A stretch of 63,649 nt of DNA, counting the filler, from Octopus bimaculoides (Eukaryota), in the NCBI RefSeq assembly GCF_001194135.2. It is 8 parts of 6 records of this genome, joined end to end, with 100 filler letters (N's around TTAATTAATTAA, not from the genome) between each part and the next. Parts side by side here need not be neighbours in the genome. Positions count along the whole stretch, not along the records: positions 45,119 to 54,240 come from NC_068991.1; positions 54,341 to 63,649 come from NC_068990.1; 6 more parts are not named here. One strand, given 5' to 3'. Both the position numbers and the translations under genes were made by a program. The notes under the pieces were generated by a model. It did no database searches, was not told where the DNA came from, and saw only the letters and a list, made by a program, of their open reading frames with translations. Below, in pieces: positions 54,225-63,649 of the stretch. Each line of letters starts with the position of its first letter. Position 1 is the stretch's first letter.

Positions 54225-54359
54225 TACATATATATATATANNNNNNNNNNNNNNNNNNNNNNNNNNNNNNNNNNNNNNNNNNNNTTAATTAATTAANNNN
54301 NNNNNNNNNNNNNNNNNNNNNNNNNNNNNNNNNNNNNNNNATATATATATATATATATA

Positions 54360-54520
54360 CACTGGCTTCTTTCAGTTTCTGTCTACCAAACCATCTACTC
54401 ACATGGCTTTGGTTGGCCTGAGGCTATAGTAGAAGACACTTGCCCAAAGTGCCACACAGTGGGACTAAACCCAGAACCATTGTGGTTCGGAAGCAAGCTT
54501 CTACCACACAGCCATGCTTG
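54360..54520 (-). mobile_element. SINE family A, 5' part, CpG-decayed
   Basis: Aligns with 41650-41812; CpGs seen in other copies read TG/CA here. Confidence 0.85.
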
Positions 54521-54742
54521 TACCTATACATATAAAATATAGAAAGAAAATGGATTTCACAAGATTTTTGTCTTTTCTTTCTATATTTTTTTCATAAACT
54601 CCACGGGCACAAAAGAATTCCTGAAGGAAATCCAGTGGCACATATTTACAACCTGTTGTTGACACCAGGTAGCTGAAACTGCGAATGAGCATAAAACAGC
54701 ATACTATGAGGTGTATACCCAAATATAAAATTGTTACTTATA

Positions 54743-56064
54743 CGAGGGGGCACCCAAAAGAAACTGGAATTTTCCATTATTATTTTATTTACTTAGTTTT
54801 ACATGTTTACACTTTTACTGCCTTAAAAGTATTCTCCATTTGAAGCAACATTTTCCATAGACACATTTTCCATAGTTCAAAGCAATCCGGAACCCTTGTG
54901 AAGTGATGCCTTTTAATGCCGCCATTGTTTTTTCTTCACCTCTTCCACATCTGCAAAATGTTTTCCTTTAAGGACATTTTTCATTCATTCAGGAGAACAA
55001 AAAAAGTTGCAGGGAACAAAATCAAATGAATAGGAAGGTTGAGTAAAGCAGGATCATGCCATTTTGGGTCAAAAGCTGTCTCACACTCAAGGCAGTGTGT
55101 GCAGGCACATTGTCATGATGAAACCATCACTCTTCACATTGCCACAGTTCAGGGCGTTTTTGTCACACTATGCCTCACAAATGCTTCAGAACTGCCAAGT
55201 AAAATGTTTGGTTAACAGTTTGACCAGGAGGAACAAATTCTGTGTAGACAGTTCCTTGTGCATGGGTGAAACAAATCAGCATTGTCTCAACATTGGACTT
55301 CACTTGAACTTTTTTGGGACATGAATACTTCCATTGACTTAATTGCTGCTTTGTTTCTGGGTTGTAAACATAGCACCAACTTTCATCATCAGTGATAACC
55401 TTTGAAAAAAGATCCAGATCAACTTCCAACTGTTCTTTCAGTTCATGACATGCATTCAGTTGTAACTGCTTTTGATCTTCTGTGAGCAAGTGAGGCACAA
55501 ATTTTGCTGCAACTCTTTTCATTTACAACTCTTTGCTCAAAATTCATTGGCAGGAGCTCCAGGACACACCAGTCATATCAACAAGTTTGTCAATTGTTTG
55601 GTGACAGTCCTCCAAGATCAGTTCATGAATTTTCATAATGCTTTCATTCGTTCAGGAGGTCAACAGTTGCCCTTAACAAGGATGGTCTGTTGGTCTTCAA
55701 GCAACAAGCAACCATTTCTAAAAAGTGAAAACCACTCATCAACTTGTGTTTTGCGCATGGTGATGTCCTTTTAAGCTGTTTGAGGCATGGCAACTGTTTC
55801 AGCTGCCATTTTCCCAGCAGAAAACAGAATTTCATAGAAGCACGCTGTTCCTTCGTTTTATCCATCGCAAAAATTGACAAATTAGGGAGAAGCACTGCAA
55901 AACAAAGATGCACCCATCATGTGGCAGTATGACTGGACACGCTGGCAGTGGTCAGCAGACTGATGCCTGAGGGTTGCATCAAGTGGCTTCTAGTGGTGGA
56001 AATCTGAGCTAGAACTGGCTTGTTCCACAGTGAACATTTCTAGTAACTTTTGGGTACCTCCTTG
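54743..56064 (-). mobile_element. Mariner transposon, near full length (~1.3 kb), transposase pseudogenised
   Basis: TIRs cgagggggcacccaaaagaaactggaa and rc caaggaggtacccaaaagttactagaa; left TA. Peptides EQRASMKFCFLLGK, AAKFVPHLL, KVITDDESWCY, HHDNVPAH and a degenerate YSPDLAP; frameshifts and stops. Confidence 0.92.
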
Positions 56065-56576
56065 TGTGTGTGTGTGTGTGTGTGTCTTGTTGTGTCTTGG
56101 GAGAGTCATTTCAACACACAAACTCACATAAAGAATCTTGCAAACCAGATATGAAAATGAAATACACACACACACACATAAAACAAATGTTAAAAGACAG
56201 TTCTGGAAGTACTGGAAGAAACATTTGAGCAAGGAACAATATCAATTAGCTAAATGAGAAGCTAGGTATAAAGTATAAGTACCTTTGAAGAAAGCTGAAT
56301 GCAATAGCTTAAGGAAAACTCAATGGTGGGTGGTTCATAGGTGCAGAGTCTTCAAGATTGCAAAAGCAGCCTGTCAGAATACTTAATGTGTCAAAAAGAA
56401 AAAGGACGGATCAGAAATGTTTACTACAAGAGGTTACTGAATGTTGAGAATGTATAAGTGAGTGGGAGGCAATCCAGTGTAGACTCAAAACAGAGAAGGA
56501 CTAGCTATCAAAGTTGACAGTTCCGCTTTTGAAAGTATAAATATATAAAGGCAGAAAAAGCAGTCAGTCCTATCAC

Positions 56577-56876
56577 AGTTAGTCACAGAGACACTGAAGA
56601 TACTTGGTGAAATAGGGCATAGCAATAGACATTTGAATAGTCAATTAGATAGTAGTATACAGTGGTGTAATACCAAATCACTGGCAAAATAGTTTCAATA
56701 GCAGTTGCTTCTTTCTAGAATGTAACAGATGAAAGTACTATACCAGTAATTTCAGGGGCCAATTATCCAGCTAACTACATAAATCTATTGGTATATATGT
56801 AGACATGGTTAACCAAAGCAAAGAGCAAACATATACAAAGGCCACTCTATGGCAAACAATATCTTTGAATGACTTT
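56577..56876. repeat. 300-bp direct repeat, copy 1 (copy 2 at 57648-57947)
   Basis: About 4 substitutions between the copies by eye. Confidence 0.92.
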
Positions 56877-56911
56877 CGAAAAAATTTCCATAATGGATGA
56901 AATTCTGGTAG

Positions 56912-56976
56912 GAGTGTTGTTAGGTATCACGTAGAGTGTTGTTAGGTTTCACCTAGAGTGTTGTTAGGTTTCACCA
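56912..56976. repeat. 22-bp tandem repeat x3 (gagtgttgttaggtttcaccta)
   Basis: Direct reading. Confidence 0.85.
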
Positions 56977-57226
56977 TTGTCAATTTTCTTTAATGCTCAA
57001 AAAACTCTGCTTGAAGGCAAAGCAAGGAAGCTGTAAAAGTATTCAAAACAATGAAAGTACACTATGTTAGTACATTATTTCTGGTAAGGAAAAAAAAGAT
57101 GTTAACATATCAGAAGAGGTCACAATTACATGCTTTAAGAAACAATACCATAATGCAGGTGTTCTCAAACTGAGGAACTGTAGACTGCTTGGGTTACAAA
57201 AGAGAAAATGCAAGGATATATGAGGT

Positions 57227-57640
57227 TTTACTCTTTTACTTGTTTCAGTCATTTGACTGTGGCCATGCTGGAGCACCGCCTTTAGTTGAGCAAATCGACC
57301 CCAGGACTTATTCTTTGTAAGCCTAGTACTTATTCAATCGGTTTCTTTTGCTGAACTGCTAAGTTATGGGGACATAAACACACCAGCATTGGTTGTCAAG
57401 CAATGTTGGGGGACAAACACAGACACACAAACATATACACACACAAACATATACACACACACATGTATATATACATATATACAATGGGCTTCTTTCAGTT
57501 TCTGTCTACCAAATCCACTCACAAGGTTTTAGTTGGCCTGAGGTTATAGTAGAAGACACTTGCCCAAGGTGCCATGCAGTGGGACTGAACCCGGAATCAT
57601 GTGGTTTGTAAGCAAGCTACTTACCACACAGCCACTCCTA
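57227..57640 (-). mobile_element. SINE family A, full length, mostly CpG-decayed
   Basis: Runs from the (ttttactc) tail to the tRNA head rc ccacacagccactcctat. Confidence 0.92.
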
Positions 57641-57647
57641 TCCCTAT

Positions 57648-57947
57648 AGTTAGTCACAGAGATACTGAAGATACTTGGTGAAATAGGGCATAGCAATAGA
57701 CATTTGAATAGTCAATTAGATAGTAGTATACAGTGGTGTAATACCAAATCACTGGCAAAATAGTTTCAATAGCAGTTGCTTCTTTCTAGAATGTAACAGA
57801 TGAAAGTACTATACCAGTAATTTCAGGGGCCAATTATCCAGCTAACTACATACATCTATTGGTATATATGTAGACATGGTTAACCAAAACAAAGAGCAAA
57901 CATATACAAAGGCCACTCTATGGCAAACAATATCTTTGAGTGACTTT
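57648..57947. repeat. 300-bp direct repeat, copy 2
   Basis: Matches 56577-56876. Confidence 0.92.
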
Positions 57948-58759
57948 AGGTTTGTAAAAATACTGAAATATAAAAATACTGAAATTATAGCAACTAGCTA
58001 AATGCAACTTGTGTCTACAAACTGTGTGGAAAGCTTTTTGCTTTTCTTATCCATTTATCATTGTGAGGAAAGGTTTTCACTAATGTTTATAACCAAGAAC
58101 AAATTTTATGTAAGGCTGTCTATTGAGAATGATATGTAGATTGGTGTCTCAGAAACTGCCTAAAATTGTTAAAGCTAATTGAACTCATTTAAAATGTAAC
58201 ATTAAATTAAACTGGTATTTTACAAAGGCACAAGGCCTGAAATTTTAAATGAAATTCGTCTGTTCATTCAGTTTTGAATTAATCATGCAATATCTTGTAG
58301 CTTTGAGATTTCAGTGATGTGATTGTTTATTTTTTGAATGACATTGTAGAGTGGGTATAAGAAACCAGAGCCAGCCAGTTAGCATAAAACAAGTAAAATA
58401 TTTTTCAGTCAGTTTAAATGCTAAAGAGTTAAAGATAAATATAACAGATCAATGAATAACTTAAATTACATTCATGAGAAGTGAAGGGAAGTTGAGAGCA
58501 TTAAGTAGTGCATAGCAAATCTCACAAAACATCAGCTGGTATGAATTCATGCAAGTTCATAAAAGATCAATTTTATTTTTAGTCAATAAATGAGTGAGTT
58601 GCTGAAAAAAATTATATCATTATGTGTTCAATAGTAATGACAGCAATACACTGAAGTAGTTTAGTATATTAATTTCTGTTTACCTACAGAGGTGTATTAA
58701 ATTGAATATGTATATATACATACAAACATACACATATATATACATTCATACATACATAC

Positions 58760-59957
58760 AAAATGCTTTTGAATGTCATATGATATCCCTTCAGCAACAT
58801 CTTTTAACCACCAAGTGTTAAAATGCAGCCCTTGACCAAGTTTGCAAACATGCGGATAATATATCATAAGACTTGGAAGGCAGCTCCTTGAGCAACATTC
58901 TTTGTCTGATAACCTAGAATACATGCCCAAAGAAGTCGCACGATTCTACTGCAATGTATCATCAGATAAAAGGATGAGCCTATATGAGCAGAAGACTATG
59001 CATGGATATGTTAGGAGAAAGCTCCAAGATGATAGTAACATCGATCATCAAAGCAGTTTATTATGGACAAACAGCCGGATTACTATCTCCCACTTTGAAG
59101 GGTATGCATCTGTAATCCAGGAACAGGAAATATCAACTAAGTACATGATACACAAAAGGGATAAAGATGCAGGAGAAACAGTAAAATGTGACAACCAATG
59201 CAGACTTTGTGGAGTTAACACCAAAGATATCACCCACATCATAAGCGGTTGTCAGAAAATGTCATCACGGTATTTTCTACCAATGAGACATGATGTTGTA
59301 GCTAGGATATTCTATAATGAAATCCATTGGAAGGATAACCCAGAGGACAAAGAAAAAGAAACCACAGTATGATAGAAGCCATAGCCACTCATAATAAAAA
59401 GGAGTACTGGTGGAAAATCCCAGTGAAGACCTCAATAAAATGTAAATACAACAGACCTGGTATAATGATTTGGGATAGAGAAGAGAAACTGTGTACAGCG
59501 GATGTTAACATAAAGCTGAAGATCAATGAAAAAAAGAGAATATCTACTGAGAAATTTGCAGTTACTCTATCCAGATTACAAGTTCGGTTTTATACCTGTA
59601 ATTATTGGTGCTTTGGGATATGTAACATACTGCCTAAATACCAATCTTGAGAAATTAGGCTTCTCAAAAATAGAATGGAGAAAGCTAATTTGAAGACTAC
59701 AAATCCAATCCATCACTGGAACTGTAAAAATCTGTAAAACTTTCCAGAAGTTTATCATTTAAATATATATGAGCATGTCAAGATATGCAACTATATACAT
59801 AGATAAAGCAAAACATACAAATCTGCACATATATATGCATACAAACAAAAATACCCTGTTGTTGATGTTGAAATTCCACTGAAGGAACCTTGAATCTAGG
59901 TTAGAAACTGGCTCTTTCTCTATTGACAAGAAATCTTGAAATAAAACTGAACAATGA
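58760..59957 (+). mobile_element. 5'-truncated R4/Dong-clade non-LTR retrotransposon (CCHC + restriction-like endonuclease), disrupted
   Basis: KTMHG, EGYASVIQEQEISTK, CRLCGVNTKDITHIISGC zinc knuckle, RHDVVA, NRP(G)IMIWD, PVIIGALG, and the end QSITGTVKICKTF, followed by a 3' UTR. Confidence 0.85.
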
Positions 59958-60779
59958 CATACATATATACATATACACATTTTTTTAACAATGTAATAAA
60001 TATGTACTCTATAAAATGTATTGAGCAATCTGTCAGTTTAATGTAAAACTGTTTTTTTATTAGAACTTGTCGCAAGGTTGCAATATCATTTCTGTGCTGG
60101 ATAAAATGTTTAGTGGCATTTCTTCTGACTTTATGTTCTGAGTTCAAATGCTGCCACAGTTAACTTTGCTTTTCATGTTTTTGGGGTTAATAAAAATAAG
60201 TACCAGATGAGCAGTGGGGTCAATGTAATTGACTTCTCAAGCCCTCAAAACTGCTGGCTATATGCAGTAAAATATGAAAGGATTATAACTCAGTATAAAA
60301 ACAAATATGAAGATATATATGTAACAAATAGCTTTATAGATTCTAAGCCAGTATTTGAAACCAAATCTACATTTTACTACAAGTTCTCTTTCTATTGTTT
60401 CTATTTATGTGAGTCAACTGTCAGACTCAGCTGAGTTCTTTTGTTTAAGTTAACATTCTTTTGTTTAAGTTAGCATTCTTGGCTTAAATACAGTCCAAGA
60501 GAGATGCCCCTGACCTACATCTAGCTTTGCAACATGTATAAATACAGTAGCCAAATTCAGTTTTATCTCTTTTTCACTTGGCTGACCATTGAAGAGTCTC
60601 ACTCTTTCTTCCTTCACTTATGGATCGTCAAAGAGGAGCATATAACTTTCACTCTCTCCACTTGTCAACACAGAGAGGAAGGCTTTTTACTCTTGCTCTC
60701 TCCTTCTTTTATCCGTTCTTCAAGCAATCAACAAAAGATGAACGTAACTATCTACAGAATAGATATCAGTAAATAACAC

Positions 60780-61518
60780 TGTATCAAAGCAACATAGGTG
60801 CATGTATGACAGAGTGTAAGCATCTTGAGAGAAAAGTTGGGCATAAGAGGCATCAGATGTAGTGTGCAAGAGAGACGACTGTGCTGGTATGGTCATGTGA
60901 TGCACATGGACAAGGACAGCTGTGTAAAGAAGTGCCAATCCCTAACTGTGGAGGGAACCTGTGGTAGAGGTATACCCAGGAAAATATGGGACAAAGTGGT
61001 GAAGCATGATCTTCAAACTTTGGGCTTCACAAAGGCAATGACTAGTGACCGAGACCTTTGGTGATATGCTGTGCTTGAGAAGACCCATCAAGGTAAGAGA
61101 AATCGTAGCCATGGCTGCTGCTGGTGTCATGTAACTGGCACGTAAAAAGCACCTTTCAAGTGTTGGGCCTTGTAGTGGCAAAGTGGCCAATACCGGTAGC
61201 ATGTGGAAAATCCCCATTTGAGTGTTGGGCCTCACAGAGGCAATAACGAATGACCAAGACCTTAGTATTATGTCATGTAAAATCAAGCCAAGTAAAGTCA
61301 GTCATGGAAGATACTGGTGTCATACAAATGGAATCCATTCTGGTGGCACGTAAAAGCACCCATTACACTCTCAGTGTGGTTGGTGTTAGGAAGGGCATTC
61401 AGCTGTAGAAACCATGCCAAATCAGACTGGAGTCTGGTGCAGCCTTCCAGCTAGCCAGCCCTGGTGAAACCACCCAACCCATGCCAGCATGGACAACAGA
61501 CATTAAATGATGATGATG
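60780..61518 (+). mobile_element. RTE-clade LINE 3' fragment with (GAT)n tail
   Basis: RRLCWYGHVMHM...GTCGRGIPRKIWDKVVKHDL, then a 3' UTR ending attaaatgatgatgatg. Confidence 0.85.
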
Positions 61519-61802
61519 TCTGAGTGATCCACAAATGCATGTACTCTTATGGTAGAGTTAACATAAAGTTGTGATATATTTGCATGTCTTGAATTACAAG
61601 TACAATTCACCCAACAAACTTTTACACAGTTTCCATCTATCCTGCGAAACTGGATAGATGACATTTGTCAAAGATGGTATGCAGCGGGATTGAACTGGGA
61701 ACCAAGTGATTGTGAAGCAAACCTTTTAATCGTTTGACTATACTGTGCTTTCTTATTATGCGCATGTCAATGTATGTATGTATCTATCATATATATATAT
61801 CC

Positions 61803-62187
61803 TTTTTTGGCACTCCATTGGTTACAACGATGAGGATTCCAGTTGATCTGATCCACAAAACTGCTTGCCTATGAAATTAACGTGCAAGTGGCTAAGCACT
61901 CCACAGACACATGTACCCTTAACATAGTTCTAGGGAAGCTTCAGCATGACACAGAGCATGACAAGGCTGGCTTTTTGAAATAAAGGTACAACAGAAACAG
62001 GAAGAAAGAGTGAGAGAAAGTTGTGGTGAAAGAGTACAGCAGGGTTCGCCACCAACCCCTGCCAGAGCCTTGTGGAACTTTAGGTGTTTTCACTCAATCA
62101 ACACTCACAACACCCAGTCTGGGAATCGAAACAGCGATCCTACGACCGCAAGTCTGCTGCTCTAACCACTGGGCCATTGTGCCTCCA
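61803..62187 (-). mobile_element. tRNA-derived SINE family C
   Basis: The reverse complement begins tggaggcacaaTGGCCCAGTGGttagagcag...GTTTCGATTCCc (A and B boxes). A second 3' fragment follows at 62190-62240. Confidence 0.8.
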
Positions 62188-62639
62188 AAAAGAACACTCC
62201 GTTGGTTACGACAATGAGGATCCCACCTGATATGATCAACAATATTGTTGTATTTGGGGATGGTCATGTTGCCAGTTTAGCCAATAAAAACAGTGGTCCT
62301 TTGCTTTCTTATTTCTTTTTCATGAGTGTCTTTTCTTACTAATGATCTGCCATTTTGTATTCCTTTTGTATGTGTCTTTATTTGCGCATGCGTATATCCC
62401 TGTGTGTCTGTGTGTGTGTGTGTGGGAATGTGCCTGCATTATCAGTATCCCATTTATACATGTTCATTTAATTTACTTCTATTTATTTTATTCATTTGTT
62501 TATATCTACTTACTTTTTCTTTCTCTTTTTGTCTTTTTTTGTATTAATTTAATTAATTTTATTTATGTACATAGTTATTTAATTCCATTTATTTATCTGT
62601 GTATTGTATTATATTCATATTATTATCAGTTTATGGGGA

Positions 62640-63010
62640 TTTTCTTCTGTCATAGGTTGTGGTGTGTTGGGAGGGTGTGCTAGTGTTCCATTCTAGTTTT
62701 CTATTCAGGCTTGTTTCATCTATTATGTGTGTAGCTTCCGTAATTTGTCTAAGCGTTGCGTCTATTTGATATGTGGACAAGATTTTAACTTCTATGTTGT
62801 TGAGTGAGCCCCCTGTGTTCCTGCTTGGCATGCTGATACAGAATCGATGAGCTCTTCTCTTCCTTAAGTTCCCTCCAATGCTCATTTACCTGTTCTCCTA
62901 TGCTCTGTGCTGTCTCCCCTATGTATGTCATTGTCTTGTTTCTGCACTGTCCCTCTGTACATCTTATACTATAGACTATATTCCTAGCTTTACAGTTTGT
63001 TTGTGGGCTA
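62640..63010 (-). mobile_element. Penelope-like element GIY-YIG endonuclease remnant
   Basis: NCKARNIVYSIRC...C...TYIGETAQSIGEQVNEHW...ILYQHAKQEH, then after a frameshift DATLRQITEATHI...LNRKLEW. Confidence 0.8.
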
Positions 63011-63280
63011 AATCTACATACAATGGCAGATCACTAGTAAGGAGAGACACACAAAAAAGACAGAAGGACGCAAAGGACCACTCTGGCCAAAATACAATTA
63101 ATATAAAATAAAGCTTAAGCAAGTGAATACCAAATACATAGTGTGTGTCTTCATTCACTAAACTAGCAACATGACCATCCCCAAATGCAACAATATCTGC
63201 TTCAACACACAAATTCACATCAAGAATCTTGCAAAATGAATATATAAATCTAACATATATGTGTGTGTGTGTGTGTGTGT

Positions 63281-63388
63281 GTATACTGCTTCGGCAGTAC
63301 ATATTCTAAAATTGGAATGATACAGAGAAGATTAGCATGGTCCCTGTGCAAGGATGACACATAAATTCATGATGCATTCCATATTTTT
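63281..63388 (+). pseudogene. U6: U6 snRNA pseudogene, full length
   Basis: 5' stem-loop tactgc-TTCG-gcagta, ACAGAGAAGATTAGC box and 3' ccatattttt. About 9 substitutions versus canonical U6, five of them at CpGs. Preceded by (GT)n, with no recognisable promoter. Confidence 0.93.
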
Positions 63389-63393
63389 CCAAT

Positions 63394-63649
63394 AAGCATA
63401 GGAGTGGCTGCGTGGTAAGTACCTTGCTTCCCAACCACATGGTTCTGGGTTCAGTCCCACTGAATGGCACCTTGGGTAAGTGTCTTCTACTATAGCTTCG
63501 GGCCGACCAAAGCCTTGTGAGTGGATTTGGTAGACAGAAATTGAAAGAAGCCTGTCAAATTTATATATATATGTATGTGTGTATATATGCTTGTGTGACT
63601 GTGTTTGTCTGCCCCCCCCCCTCCACATCATGTGACAACTGATGCTGGT
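63394..63649 (+). mobile_element. SINE family A, head and body (runs off the window)
   Basis: ggagtggctgcgtggtaag...ggttcagtcccactg...gtgagtggatttggtagac. Confidence 0.9.

Noticed and set aside
59878-59915. Stem-loop ctgaagg-aacct/aggtt-agaaac in the R4 3' UTR resembling a hammerhead
   Set aside because: The core is not canonical and is not preserved in the second copy at 11.5 kb.
63241-63248. TATATAAA about 40 bp upstream of U6 as a Pol III promoter
   Set aside because: It sits at the AT-rich end of the adjacent repeat and is separated by (GT)n, with no PSE evident; the CpG-decayed U6 indicates a pseudogene.

Overview
Eukaryotic, AT-rich, repeat-saturated DNA from a gappy draft assembly. 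The SINE families, (GAT)n-tailed RTE LINE ends and extreme microsatellite load point to an octopod cephalopod (inference, probably Octopus). Almost all ORFs in the supplied track are microsatellite or N-gap artefacts, and no complete protein-coding gene is recognisable. Well-supported content: (1) dozens of tRNA-derived SINE copies from three families; (2) a decayed near-full-length mariner with both TIRs, two Tc1/maT-like remnants and three MITEs; (3) fragments of R4/Dong-type (restriction-like endonuclease) LINEs, an RTE LINE and a Penelope-like GIY-YIG element; (4) a full-length, CpG-decayed U6 snRNA pseudogene abutting a SINE head. The best gene evidence is one minus-strand candidate coding exon (MGLKDDTPDSIDEIQEMESE, then a GTAAGG donor) at 28.2 kb, inside an apparently CpG-retaining, regulatory-looking block. 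The most interesting signals are two apparent microsatellite-targeted retroelement systems ((TAA)n nests and (CATA)n-flanked R4/Dong copies), three fold-back hairpins (two at retroelement truncation points), a 300-bp direct duplication at a SINE 5' junction, a U6-SINE juxtaposition, and a CpG-decay boundary near 54.3 kb. There is also clear evidence of a misplaced contig at 25.4-26.0 kb. All alignments were done by eye; family names for repeats are inferences, not database hits.
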